DNA from: Klebsormidium nitens
Lineage: Eukaryota; Plantae; Klebsormidiophyceae
Assembly: GCA_000708835.1 (NCBI GenBank)
Contig: DF237286.1
Location: 1 to 64,000 of the forward strand
DNA: 64,000 bases
Direction of reading: 5' to 3'
Positions 38,923 to 52,231 of the stretch are shown piece by piece; the first letter of the stretch is position 1; each line of letters begins with the position of its first letter. The position numbers and the translations under genes are program-made. Below the pieces are notes generated by a model. The model was not told the DNA's origin. It was given only the letters and a program-made list of their open reading frames with translations, and made no database searches.

Positions 38923-39529
38923 GTGAGGGGGCTAGGTTTATTACTGGCTCTGGTTGTGGCTGTGCCTCTGTGAGCTTCTAGAGTGTGCACCAGTGCTGGC
39001 AGCGGAATCTGCTTTCGGTAGATAAGCATCTGTACGACGGCGCCATTTCTAAGGTTCAGCTTGACGTCTTGGTCGGGTCCGATGAAAAGTGGCACTGAGC
39101 TGTATTGCTTTGAATGTTTCCTGGTTCTCTCAAGCCAGGGGAACTGAGCCTGCGTTTGGTTCAAGCTTTCGCTTGTGTCTTGCATACAGGGAGCCCAGGT
39201 TTGTTGCAGCCTCGACCTTTGTTTGAGAGTGCATGGTGACTGGTCAAGCGATGGAAATGGATGAGGACAAAGATGGAAGCACCACAGACAACAACGTTCA
39301 CAGAACTTTCTGTAGATTGATAACGTTGAATCGTTGTTGCTAGTTCCCCGGCTTTCCTGCACACAATCATTGTCCCCGCCGTTCTATTCTCTGGCGCTTT
39401 GTTGCCTCCTCTATTTGACTCTCTGATCACTTTGACACCCACAAACAATGGGTCAGCCTTCTGTCGATATCAAAAGACGTTGCCAATCAAGCAGTAATAT
39501 CTATCCGAATTTTGAACATTCCTCTCCAG

Positions 39530-42500
39530 GACGGACTGGCCTCGGGAAGCCTGGCCTTCCCTGGGCGGGGATCCCATCCGCAGGGCTCCCTTCGAAGCCC
39601 CGGCCCCACGTGCCAAAACCTCACCGCCACGCGCACCACGCAAAGCTGGTCCAAATCCGTGTGCACCAAGTCTACCGCCCACACACGGCAAAGGCGAGGA
39701 GGGTCGTCAAAGGGGTTGCCGCAGGGGGGAAGCCCAGCCCCCCGAAGAACAAGCAGAGTAGTCACTCCCGGTAAGGTTTTGACAGCCAAGCACTCGTTGC
39801 GATTGAGCAGAAAGGCAGGTGTATAAGGTTGTGATGCAGAGCCTGTTGCTAGCTTGCAGCCTCTGCCACTGTGGTCCACCTCTTCAGCTACTTGCGAGCA
39901 GGTTTCTTTCCTTATTTTTGTATCGAGGGTCTTCAGCGCGTATGCCTCGTGATCTGGCACAGCATCACTTCAGCGAGTAGGCTTCTTCTCAGATTGTAGG
40001 GTTAAGTACAGACGTTAGAAGGTACTTAACCCTCTGATGGTCCAACGCTTGTCCTGCGAAGGCCGTGCACATCATGCTGACCAACATTTTCGCATCTTAT
40101 ATGCAGGCGGTCCTCTTTCTCAAGCACCACCACCTACGACCATTTCAGCCAAGCCAGCTCCACCTTCGCCTCCCAGGACGGCGGGTTCTCTACAACCCCG
40201 CTTCTAACCCCTAAGACCAAACCCCAAAACGCCGCCGGCACGACCACTCCAGGAACCCCCAATACCCGGCACGGTTCTCCTGAGAACGACCTGCTTATCA
40301 AACCCGGGGACAGTATCAGTCAGCGGCCGAGCCCGGCACACAGCGAAGCGTCCCTTGGTTCAGACAACCCCGAGAGCCCCGGTGCCGATTCACACCCCTC
40401 TGAAAGCTTCCAGCTAAGGCGGGTGCGAACGCACTCCCAGGAGGACCTGGCGGCCCTGTCTGAGAAAGAGGCCTTGGAAGCGGAGGCGCTGCTGAGCGAG
40501 ATCGTTCAGCAAGTTGATCGCAAGCGGGGGGCACTGAAGTTAGGCTTCAAGGTCTCGCCGCGGGCTCGGTTGTCCCCCCCGAAACGGAAACGGAACCCGT
40601 TTCGAAGCTCAGGGAACGTGCAGGCAGAACGGGGTACGGTCAAAGGGGAAAAGTCGGCATCGCAACAGATGCGGACACCGGAGGTAAGCTGGTGTGCCTT
40701 GTATTATTGATTGGGCACTGCCGAGGTTTGCTGAATGCGTCAACACCAGGGTTGAAATAGTTAAGGCTCGCCGATCGTTGCTGGTCTCCTGAGGTGCTAC
40801 AACTCCGCAATACTTCAAGTCGGTTCGAAATATTGACCTGTATGATTGCTGATATAGCTTTCTTGCCAGGCCTTTGATGCATGATTCAAGCTGCGACTCT
40901 CGCCTTGTCTCCCATGAACACTGTCACCTTCTAGCAGCAATCTCTGACTCGTCTCTCAGCATCGAAAGAGTCTGCCCATTGAAGCGCACCAGCTTGCCTG
41001 CAAGGAGGAGTTTGAGACGCTTCTCTTGGTCCGTACTTAAAAGCGGGTCTCGAGGGTGGAGACCCGAAAGCCTCAAAAGGATCTTTAGTAACCAGCTTCA
41101 CTTCATGTTTCTGCCAGGTGGCGCACCAGGAAGAGGTGGAGGACTTCCAGTATCGGGATCCGGACCAAAGCGACTCCGAGTCCGACAGCGAGCTCTCAGA
41201 TCCCGACGCTGCGTCGCCTGTCAGCTCGGCGGGGTCGCTTTCGCCTGACAAGACCTTTGCGGTGGCGTACCTCCAGACAGCAATCCGGCGGTCGCAGAAG
41301 AAAGTGGCAGCAGTCATGATCCAGGTAAGAGAGTGGAGGTCTTTCAAGTCGCAGGATTTGAGATGCTATCACTGCGTTTGATCTATTAACTTTAGTCTGG
41401 CAATTTGACGGTGGTGGAGACCGCTGCTGGCTGAAATGCGGTTTGTGAATACGGTTTTAGCGTGTTCAAGTGCGAGCCAGGCAAAAAAGTCGCAGCTAGA
41501 CTTGACTTGTCCATATTCACTTGTGATTCTTCGAGCGCAAACGCCCTTGTGTCGATTCCAAGAATGCGTAGTAAGTGTGCGCCGCATTGAGGTTCTCAAA
41601 GGCTTGTCAGACCTCTCCCCGGAAAAAAAGACACGACAAACCGAGCAGATGAAGATTTAACACCATTGCTAACGAGCAATTTTGCTTGTGGATACAGAGG
41701 GCGTTCCAAAGTTATTGCCCCCGCCGCAACTTCGTGAAGCTGCGGTCAACTGCCATCCGCCTCCAGAAGCTCGTCCGCGCCTGGCAGCACGGCCGACCCG
41801 TGCGCGTGGCGTTTATCGCCCTCCGCCACGCAACGCTAACTATCCAGACTCGGTGGCGCGCAAAGCGGGAGCGGCAGTCGATGCTCCTGCAAGCAGTGCA
41901 GGAGCGGATTCGTTTTCTGTGTATGAGAAAGGCGGTGGTGGAGGTTCAGCGGGTGTGGCGGGGACACAGAGTGCGGGCGGGTTTTGGTGGCGCGTCGGGG
42001 GGTGATGCAGTGGGCGTGTCACGGGGGGGCTCGAATGGCGAGTCGGAGGGGCGGGTTGTGTCGGTTCGGGGGGAGTCTTTGCTGAGCGCGTTGGAGACGT
42101 CTGAGCTGCGGTCGGAAGTGCCAGATGAACGGGACTGTGAATCAGTAGGATGCAGTTTGGGAAATGGCACAGCGGAGTTGGACGCTGTGTCAGGAGGGGC
42201 GGTGAAAGCGGAGGGGAAGGGCGGGCAGGATACGGTGGTCTCCGACCTGCCAAGCTCCGGAACAGCGTTAGTCACGCTGGAGGATGAAAAGGCGGAAGGG
42301 AAAACGGCAGCGGGAGTCTCGGGCAGGGTTTGGAGTGCGCAGAAGCTTTTTGTGCGGAGTCCGGGAAGTACCCCTCCCTTGTCACCCGGCCGAGAAGAAG
42401 AGCTCTACCGCCAGCTGGCAGAGCTGCAGATGCCGCACACGGTCGATGACCGGGGGGGTCTTTGTCAGACCCACCCCATGATCGAGTGCAGCGGGGGGGT

Positions 42501-45500
42501 GGGTGTGCATTTAGGAGAGAGTTGGGACTCGGACGGCGAGGAACCCTCTCCGACCTTCCGGGTGATCGAAGTCCGAACGGAGACGCTTTCCGCAGCGTTA
42601 TATCCGGATGGGGTCGGTGACGACCTGGACGGGGGGTGGTCGGCAACGCCGCCAATGTCTCCTCGGGGAGAAGAGGCGCTGTATCTGCAGCTGGCAGATC
42701 TTCTGCCATCGTTTGGGAGCCTGAATTTGTACAGTACGGGTGGGAATGGGCAGGGGCAACTGTTCGATGAAGAGCATAGCGGGAGCGAGGAGCTTGCGGC
42801 AGGCAGCGGTCTGTCTGAGAGAGAATCAGTGGCTCAGGGCGCGACAGCTGGCACGAGCGTGGTTGGTCCGATTGGGGAGATGATTGAGGAGAATCAGAAC
42901 TCCGGGGTGGATCGAAAGGGGTTGAACGTTGGCGTTGATGATGGGCGAGAACCAGAGCGGGAAGAGGAAGTCGATGAGACAGGAGCGCAGTCCCCCGCGT
43001 CTGTGATCGAGGGGCCGCTCACGCCGCGCAAGGAGTCGGTGCTGCTGACACAACTGGCGGGCCTCATTGCGAAGCACGTGCCAGCTGTCATGGAGCCTGT
43101 GCCAGCTGTCAAGAAGTCCATGCCAGCTGCCATGGAGCCTGTGCCAGCTGTCAACGAGTCCATGCCAGCTGTCATGGAGCATGCGCCAGCTGTTGCGGTT
43201 CCAGGCGCGGAGTTTGTGACGAGAACCCGGTTGGCGACGGAGTCGGGGCATGAAGAGGACGGAAAGGAAGAAGCCGCGGTTGGGTTGCAGACGAATAGCG
43301 AGACTCTTTCAGAAGGGGAAGTCAGGGGAGGCGGTGAGCATGATAGAATGGTGCAAGGGGGGCCGGAGAAAAGCCTGCCTCGAAAAGCGGGAGCAAAGAG
43401 AGGGAGCCCCGACGCGGGCGACCTTCTCGCAGTGCACCGGGCTGCACTAAGGGCTCTGAAAAAGGAGGAGGTCGCCAGCTGGAGGGACCGGAAGCCGCTT
43501 GACATGGTGGTGACAGCTGGCGATAGGTGCGAGGGGGAATTGTTCCTAGCGGAAGCTGCGGTGAGGGAGTGCCGGGAAACCGAGCCTGCAGAAGGGGGAA
43601 AGCGAAGAAAGCTGGCCCAAGAGAAAGACGGACTCACTCTTGAGCGGGTGCAGAAGACGGTTGAGGAAGCTTCGGCGCCCGAAGTGTCGCCACTTAGCGT
43701 GCTTAGCACGGGATTGGGCGATGTCAGCAAAGCCCAGCCGGAGGCCTGCACTGGCAGCGACGTTTCGGACGGACTTACCCCCAACTGCGTGGCGGACGTC
43801 CGGATCTTTGGCGCTCCGGAAGTGCCCTCGTCCGGCGACTGCACGCCGGAGCACTACGCCCTCACCGAGTCCGACGCCAGCGTGTTCGCGCTGCACAAGC
43901 CGGACCCTTACCGGACGCCCGTCGGGAGTCCGGCGCTGATTCTCGCGGAGACGGCGTTGCTTGACTCCGCCAGCAAGGTCGCGTCCTGGAACGACGCAGC
44001 GGCCAATGTCCCTCTGAGCGAGGAGGATCTGCGGGTGTCGATAGCCGCCCCCGGGGATCCCCCTTGGAGCCTTGCACAGTACGACTTCGCCAGGGTGGGG
44101 GCATCTTCCGAGTGGGCCGACGGCTTTCCCGATGACAGCTGGACCAATAGCCCGAGCCACCGGAGCTTCGTGGACCAGGACAGCTCCCTCGGGGAGGTCA
44201 AAGTTTCGGACTATCCGTCGCCGGACAAGTCGCTGGGGCTGGTCCGAGCGGAGGTGGAGAAGCTGAACAGCCTGCAGAAGGGGCAGCTCACACCGGGGAG
44301 GGGGGCCCCGGGGCAGCTGGGTGTGAATGGGGGCAAGGCACTGATGCTGGGGAGCACGGAGTGGGCGCAGATGCGGCTGGGTCTGGGGTTGCTGAAGCAA
44401 TGGCTGGTGGAGAACGAGTCTGGCGAGAAAGGCCAAGGCGCCGGAAGAGGCCAGGACGTGTTGACGATTCAACACTTCGGGAGGGATCACTGGTTTGAGA
44501 AGCCCCAGAATCATGAGAAGCCTCCGAGCCCTGGGTTTATGCAGAGCCATGAGAAGCACCAACCCGCCATGAGCACCCAAACGTGCACCGAGTGTCGTGC
44601 CGGTGAAGAATTAGAGGGGGCCAGAAGCCCCGTCGAGCTTCAAAAGGTCTGCACCCCGCACCACGTCGGCAGTTTCCTGGGAAGGAGCAAGTCGGAGTCG
44701 GCACTAAAGGGGTTAGACGATCCTCTGAACGCTGATCCGGCCCCTAACCATCTGGATCACCCCCGCTTCTCACCTTCCACGGCCGCAGAATCAATTGCTT
44801 CGAAGCCCCAAGTGGTCAGGAAGCTAACCCTGCCCCTGCGTAGTGGCCTCGGCAGTCCGTGCTCCCTCTCCCCGAACCTGGTTACGGACTCCGGTTCGCT
44901 CGACCCAGTCTCGAGCCCACCGTCGAAGCCGACTTCCGAAACCCGGCTAGCCCAAGACTCCGGGTTCCCGCTAACCCCATCAAACCCTTCCCCGACCGGC
45001 CGCCTGAGCATCGAGCTGCCCTTAGAGCCGGAGCGCTGTGAGAGCCCAGACGTCAGCCCCGCTTTGCCGAAGTCTCCGGAAAGGGGGGCTACTTTTGACA
45101 GCTTCGCCGCCCCCCAGCTCGAGAGGCTGCACTCCGCCCCGCAGCCGAGGACGGCGTATGCGCATTCGCCTCACAGGCAGGACGGGCACGACTGCCTCGT
45201 GTGCCGCCTGTGGGAGGAGGGCAGCTTTGTGGGCTTCCAGGACAGCCCAAGGTAAGCCCTCTCGTCTCGTTCTAGTTGTAAGTAACCCCACGAGTTGGGT
45301 TAAACAGTTTCAAAGTTGACGAGGATACATTAGAGATGCAAAGGGCTTTTACTTTATTGCTGTGGGAGGAGGGCAGCTTTGCGGGCTTCCAGGACAGCCC
45401 GAGGTTACACCTTCCGCTGTGTCCTGATCTGCATGCCTCGTTCAACTCGGAAAGATTTCGCCCCGTCTCCATACAAACCTACCAGCCAAATTCTCACGAA

Positions 45501-48500
45501 GTTAGATCGGAAGCTGGTTGAGATGGATTTGGGTTTCATGAAAGTACACATTAGAAACCGGTCAGGGGATCAATTCAGTTTGCCCCAGTGAATGGCCGTA
45601 TCACCCTAAGAAACACGAAGCATAACTAGTCCAAGTGGAAAGTCCCGGAATTGTTAGCACTCGTTAACTTTCGTCTCCAAAATTTCAAAGCCCGAGTGAA
45701 GTTGACGTTGCTTGGCCTGTCCGTCTTGGCTCGCTGTCTTTTGTTCTGAAGGGAAACCACGAGCTTTCAACGTCCCTCATTTTCAGGGAAAGAGCCAGAT
45801 ATAAGTGCAGCGAAGATACTGCGGAGCTGTCACTATCTAACGAAGCGGATCCGAGGTAGCAACTCATGCATGTCTCCAACCTTCCTGCTTTGTTTCTCAA
45901 GTCTCTTCTGCCTGCTTCATGTTCGTAACACACTCCGCTTTGCATTGTTTTCCAGGGCACGGGCGCTTCGCAACCGCGGCCGCAGCTTCAGCCAATCCTG
46001 GTCCACTCAGGAGCTGCCACCTGTCAGCCGAAGCCCCAGTACGCCGTCCCTCGCCCCCGCATCCCAAGAGGTTTCCAGCAGCCCCTCTACAGGTGGCACC
46101 TCTCCAGCCAGTGTCCCAGCCAAGTTGGGATTCTTTAGAGGTTCCCCCGACCGGAACCTGGCTCGACGTCCCAGCCTGGCCCCTAACCACACCTATAACT
46201 CTAGGGGTTCCCCCGACTCCCCGAAACCCTCTAGAGGTTCCCCAAATTCATCTACGACAAGTGCCGAGCGGGACTTGCTGAGCAGCCCCTCTAAAAGTTC
46301 CTGCGACTCCCCAACAAGCTTGGGACCTCCCGGCCGGCCTAACTTGCCGCGGTCAGGCAAAACCTCCCCGAAACCACCGGTTAACCCGCTCCACTTCCGA
46401 AGCCAGAGCCTCGACAGCCAGTATTACCAACCCGCCCCGAAAGCCCCGGCCGTCAAAACCCCTGGCCTCAAACCCCCACGCCCGAGCCACCTCCCTCCAT
46501 CCCCCCGACAGCGCCACGTCGATGCTGACGTCACCGCACAGGAAAGCCCACGTCAGCCCACTCCGAAGCCGCACTTTCGGTTGTGGAGCAGGAAGGGAGT
46601 CCGCGAACCGATCCAGAGTCCCTTTGGGCTCTTCTCAAGCCGGGGAGGTTCAGCTAACCCGTTCCCAAACCCGTCAGCAAACCCGTCGAGTAACTCACCC
46701 CCTGAGGCGACAGCTGTTGCCGCAGGCCGTGCTTCTGACGGGATTGCTGCGCACTCCCAGAGGAACTTCAACCCCGCTTTCGAGACGAGGGGTGCTGCCG
46801 GAGCGGGGAAGAATAACGAGGGTGCTTTCGGAAGACGGGAGAGGACAGCGCTTCCGATAGCTTATCACCGGGAGTCACAGGATGCGCAAGTCCTGAATAT
46901 GAAAGCTAGAGCGGGCCTTAGTCCTGGGGCCAAAGAGGAACGAAACCGACGGGAGCTTAGCGATGGTCGATTGGGGGAGGCGCGGCCCGCCGGGGGGGAG
47001 GATTCGCCCCTGCGGGCGCCCCCTAGCCCGGAAACCTGCTCTGACCTCAGCTCCGTGGGGAGCCCGTTCACACCGCGGCGACTCCTGGCTGCGAGAACGC
47101 CCCCCAGCACGAGCGGCTCGCTGAGTGAAGTCAGCAACTCGTTGGATGACCTCAGCGCGGCGCTCCAGAGCTTCTCGATTGGCGGGAGGCGGCGGTCGGG
47201 GAATCTGTCTTCGGGTGAACTGCAGGGCGCGGGAGGAGTTCCCAGCTCGGGGGGGGAGGGTGCACGAGTAAGGGGTTTGGAAGCGAAGTTCGAAGCTCTG
47301 ACTCCGTATTGGAGTCCGTCTCCCGCGAACGGGGGCAGTGTGGAGTCCGCAGAGAAGAGTCCTGTAGCGACATGTAAGCAAATCCTTCGATTCACTGATC
47401 CTGATTCAGATTTCTGCGATGCTTCGCAGCGTGTGCTTTCGAAATCGTTTCGGATCGGGTGTCAATGCTTTGGAGCTCTCATGAGCACTCTTGTCAAGCC
47501 TTTCCGAAGCAGCATTTCAGTTTCGCTGTTCCATTTCGACCCTGTCCTTGTACCATCTGCAACTGTGAGCGCTACAAACGCGTGCTTCAAATCTAAAATA
47601 TCAAGCGAAAAGTCCGCTAATCTACTTCAGCAAAATCATCACTTTGCCTATCCGCAGAGGCTCTGATGCCCACTTTTGCAACGCGATGCCAACTGTGGCA
47701 GAGGCGGCATATTTGGATCAGGCCCTCGCTTCTTTTCCCAGCCACCCTCTCTATTCCGGATGCTAAACTTTGCTTTGCCTTTCCGCAGTGGCTCTGATGC
47801 CCACCCTTGCCAAGCTGTGCCAACTGTGGGAGGAGCGCAGCGTCGATCTACGAGTGCGGGCCCACAAGTACCGGGGCATTGTGCGGGAGCTGACGTCACT
47901 CGGGGCTGAGGTGAGTCAGACACACTGATGCACAGTTGGGATTGAACTGCAGGCCTCGTCTTATTGGGAATCAAACGCCAGATGGTTCTGCCAAGCTTGC
48001 TGAATGATCAAATGCGCCCTGATTCCTCGGGATGGCCTTTTCAGCTTGGTCCTGTTGGTAGGAATTCCATCTTTATCGTGCCTGCCGCTTTTGCAGCCGT
48101 TCCTCCTTTGTATTCCTCGTTAGAAGAGAAGCTCTTAAAAAGAAGAGAAGCCTTTCTTACAACGGCCGGTTGGTTCTTCTCCAGATATGGGCGACCGTTT
48201 CTTCAGAAACTTCAAAAACGTTTGGGAGAAAACAGTTTTGGAACCTTGAACTCTTACGTTTGGACGTTATTGAATCCTGTTCTCTTTCGTCTTCCTTTCA
48301 GGTGCGCATGGTCTACTACGTGTCCCCGACATGGGGTCCCCCGAGCGTGATGAAGGAACTAGACGAGGTCGCGACTCTGGAGCGCAGTTCGCGGGAGGAA
48401 CAGCAGGCGGCGGATCTGGTGTTGCGGCAAAGGGACTGCATTCATGCGGGGCTGTCCTTCCAGCTGACCCAGGTGGGATAGCCGCATAACCAGCTAACAA

Positions 48501-49623
48501 GACAGGCTTCATTCAAGTATCTGTGAGTGTTGACCCAAGCGGGTTAGCCTTCTAACCACGCAAACAAGTCTGTGGATCAAGCTGTATGTTTTCGCCTTCT
48601 ATTGATCAGGCGAGGGGCCCATTCCGCAAGGTTCACTGGCAAGGGCATGAAATTGAGTTTCACTTCCAAGCGGCGGGTCAGGTTGCAATCTGATTGAGTT
48701 ATGTAGTGACTGGCGCTGTGTAATATAGTATGTTGCAGATGATTCTTTATAGAGTTTTTCAGATCTTTACTCGTGTTGTACATGAAACGGTGGATTCGAG
48801 TGGTCCAACGAGCGCAAGATCAAGGTCAAGCCCGACTGAAGAGTGCAGAGAACCGGAAGGCGCTTTCTTTGGTCAAACGGATCTTCGTGCAAATGCTGTG
48901 AACGATCGGTTTTCCAAATAGTGCGCGGATTGAAAAATACTCCTTCCACCGACCGTCATCAGAGCTTATCTGTCTAGATGGACTGAAAAAGAACGTGCTT
49001 TCTGACCGTCGATTGGAACTACTTTACAGGCCGAACGGCTCCAGATGTATGCGGCATGGGGTGTGCGGAGGTGGTCTACCGGAAGGCTCCGGCGGATCGT
49101 CTACAAGCTCATATGGTTGGACCCCGTACGGTAAGTCGGAGCTTTTACCCCCAGCAGGCCGGTTTTCAGTGGCCGGTTGCAGGTTGAATCTTCATAGTTG
49201 ATTTAGTCTACGAAGGCCTCCCCACACTTGTCAGAAAGGAAACGAGATGTCATAGAAGTGTCTCGTTCACGTCTCTCCTCGTTACGGCTCAGATGCTCTG
49301 ATTAGTTTGAGATGAAAGTTGATGAGCAATTAGGTCAAACCTTGATAGCGTAGTTTCGTTGTTGCCGGTGGACGTTTTCGACCTTCAAGCGCGGCACACA
49401 AAGCGTAGCACGCGTCTGGAGACATGTGTGCGGTTTTCCTCACGGCATTTTACTCTCCTCCTCGGCGTTTCTTTCACCTACGAACTCGTGCCAGCTGTCT
49501 CCATCTCGTGAATCTCAGTAGTGCAAGTATTGCTCTGGATTATGGATCAAGCAGATCTGAATATGGTCTCTCTGTTTCCGCAGGTGCGACCAGAGTGCAG
49601 ATTTGACGATGCAGTTTCTGTAG
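39530..49623 (+). CDS. Large low-complexity protein with ~4 IQ calmodulin-binding motifs and a C-terminal domain resembling the NACK/HINKEL kinesin tail (DUF3490-like)
   Basis: Exons 39530-39770, 40107-40683, 41118-41324, 41698-45251, 45956-47373, 47789-47910, 48302-48472, 49030-49130, 49584-49623; GT-AG, phases consistent. IQ-like: MIQ|RAFQSYCPR, LQKLVRAWQHGR, IQTRWRAKRER, VQRVWRGHRVR. C-terminus LCQLWEERSV..AERLQMYAAWGV..RLRRIVYKLIWLDP..QSADL; domain call from remembered similarity only. Confidence 0.75.
43078..43194 (+). repeat. Coding 21-nt (7-aa) tandem repeat, ~5.5 units, with 42-nt higher-order period
   Basis: VPAVMEP VPAVKKS MPAAMEP VPAVNES MPAVMEH APAV; core TGCCAGCTG in nearly every unit. 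Confidence 0.9.
45360..45403 (+). repeat. Intronic copy of the 3' end of the 3.5-kb exon of the IQ gene
   Basis: CTGTGGGAGGAGGGCAGCTTTGCGGGCTTCCAGGACAGCCCGAG|GTTAC vs live ..TTTGTGGGCTTCCAGGACAGCCCAAG|GTAAG ending 45251. Confidence 0.9.
47643..47708 (+). repeat. Intronic copy of the acceptor and 5' end of exon 47789-47910
   Basis: TTTGCCTATCCGCAG|AGGCTCTGATGCCCACTTTTGCA..TGCCAACTGTGG vs live TTTGCCTTTCCGCAG|TGGCTCTGATGCCCACCCTTGCC..TGCCAACTGTGG. Confidence 0.88.
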
Positions 49624-51959
49624 GGGCACCAATAAGCTCGTCTTGGGTTTTAGTTGCTTAGTCATGATTATGCAGATCTAGGACTAACTTTGTTTGGCTT
49701 GCGCAAAGCAGGCTGCGAGCTTTTGAGATATAAGGTACCTCGCCTTATCTACGTTGAGCTTTGACTTTCCTCGATACAAGCAAAGATTTGTTTTTCGTAG
49801 CAGGTTTTGTAGGGCGTTTGCTTCGGTCACTGCTTGCGGTTTCGATAGTGATCTTGGTCGAATTTAGTGACAGCAATATTACAGGACCTTGTACTTCCGT
49901 GGATTGCTTTGCATTGGACAAGCTCAAATTTGTGTTATTTTAGCAATGAGTGGCCCAGCGATCATGGCAGTGTACTTGCAAGCAAGAGTGTTTCACCCCA
50001 CGTGAATGCATGTGTCCCACTGACCTTAACACTAACCAACGTCATCGTCGAAATGCATGCTTTGAAGTCATTCCAATTAATGATATTGTTGTGCAACAGT
50101 GCCAGTGATCGAGTTGGGCGCCGCGGCATGCGCAGCGCATGCTTGATTAAGGCCCGTAAGTTTTCCAAGTTACTTATAATCGTTCTTATTGACACGACAA
50201 ATGAAGTGACCATGCAAACGGCTTTGAGTCGAGAGACAAAGCACGTTTGGCGCTTCTCTCGTCCGAGATCCGTCTGAGATTCCTCCCATCTCAGTACAAG
50301 CCGGTGTCTCTCTGGTTGGACATGCATGACCGATCGATCGATCATTCGGACAGTTGTGAACGAAGAAGACTAAAGCAAGGATTAAACAGAACCAAACATG
50401 TGTACATGTCCATGAATGGCGTCGATCCGCGACAATCATGTACTTGCGCATAGAACCTCGTGATATGATAGGTTGTGTCACTTAACAATGGCCGCCGGCT
50501 CCAGGAAGAACGCAAACAATAATGGCTGGCGGCCCATTGCAATAATCACTTGATTCCTCGATTGCTGTCGGACATCATACGTACAATGTGAACAATGATA
50601 TGCAGAGATTGAGGGATTGAATTGGTGGCCGCAGTACATATAAACCACTTGCCGATCAGATATCAAGCAAAGTTCTTACTCAAGCGTCAGTGTCAGCTTT
50701 TGTGTGCCCTTCGAAGTAGCTGCACTCAGTCGAGAATCCACATTTGATATCTGTAACACACGGATAGTCGCAGATTCTGAAGACCTTCTAGAAGAGCTGT
50801 TCAATCCTCGGCCCGTATGTTATCTGGTTATCACCGCGTTTCTTCACTCTTAAACTTGGTCTCGCAATGCTGGGAACTTTCGAGAGTTGCAAGCGTTCCT
50901 CCTTACGGGTCACGCGTTGTTAAATCCTCAAAACCATTCGCCTTGGATCCAGCTCAAGCTGCTCCCGGCAACCGTTCGTTTGAGATCCCACCGCCTTTAT
51001 GTTCTGAGCGTTTGTTCTCTACGTTGAGCCGTTCAATTTGACTTCCCATCCGACTTCTGCCATTTTCACTCTTCCGAAGTTCGGATATGTGCTGCTTCTC
51101 GCAATACAGTTCCATACAAAGATATCGGCCCATCGGACTGTAGTACCATGCTGGATCGAAGTCCGGTGGTACATTTTGCAATATAAGCCCAAGTCTGCCG
51201 CATAACGTCTCGAAACAATATTAATAGTGGAAATACTTGAGTAGAGTCGACTCGGCGCTGCATCCTGAAGTCATGCGGCCGGGTACGGTTCGGACGCACA
51301 TTTTTGCCTCAGTAAATTCGGTGCAATCGCTTGGGTTGCATTGTGAACGACGTACGGCAGAAGGCCGAGAGACTGCAGCAAGCTTGGGGTTCCAGAATCA
51401 TGCATTAAGCGTGAGGTCAGTGCATCTACTGTGGTCTATGCCAAAAAAGAGCGGCTCTTCCTAGAGAACTCAAACGAGCCCACGAGCAATCAGCATTTGG
51501 TTGAGTGGTTGATCCGAACTGTGTCCGTAATGGTCTGGCCCCGGTCTGGCGCTGGTTGCACGGAGGCATGTGGGAGGCATCCCGTCATTATCAATCCGGT
51601 CAGTACTTCAGTTCAACTAGTAGGGGGATGCTAGTTGCAAGTCAGTGACTGCCTTACATGGCTATATGCTGATGATCGTCTTTCCGTACGTGAGGTAAGC
51701 CGGAGGAGGTAATATAAGAAGCATCTGCGACTGGGGTGCTATATTCCATAGCCCTAAAAGTTTTCATTGACGTCAAGCCCGCACGCTAGCCTGACGTAAG
51801 CGTTAGTGCCGTTCTGGCGGCCAGCCTGCCGCCCCCGGGCGGCCCGGACTCGAAGCGGGCCCAGGCCCGCAGGCAACTTGAAACTTGAACGGTTGGCCGC
51901 GGCCCCGCGGCTTGGGACGCGCACAGAGAAGTCCGACTGGTACCTAGCGACTACCGAGG

Positions 51960-52231
51960 CCCGCGTATTCAGCCGACAGCTCATACCACGTGGAACACAT
52001 GAGACGCATGGCAAGGCGACCAATTACTGCTCCTCTTGACGCGTGCCACATGCTGGATGTCGACATATAAAGGAGTGCATCATGATCCAATAAATTGACC
52101 CAGTACGGGATGTCGACAGAACGGAGCAAATGAGAGGAGCAACTACGTAACAAGACGTCAGGACCTTGAATGGGGCAATCTGATTGGTTCCGGGTCTCGT
52201 CAGACATTCTTGGCAAGCGGGACGCGGCGTC
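51960..52231 (+). promoter_or_regulatory. Putative promoter modules upstream of the SLC1 gene (G-box, E-box, CCAAT boxes, GC-rich motif)
   Basis: CCACGTGGAACACATG..CGACCAAT (51960-52024) and TACGTAACAAGACGTCAG..CTGATTGG..GCAAGCGGGACGCGGCGTC (52144-52231); both recur at 62353-62416 and 62926-63012. Confidence 0.55.

Noticed and set aside
41840-47395. Long minus-strand ORFs (e.g. 42894-43844, 43546-44580, 46865-47395)
   Set aside because: Shadow ORFs opposite GC-rich coding exons; no domain content.
49867-51464. Several 70-136-aa ORFs between the IQ and SLC1 genes
   Set aside because: No recognisable domains and no consistent exon chain could be built.
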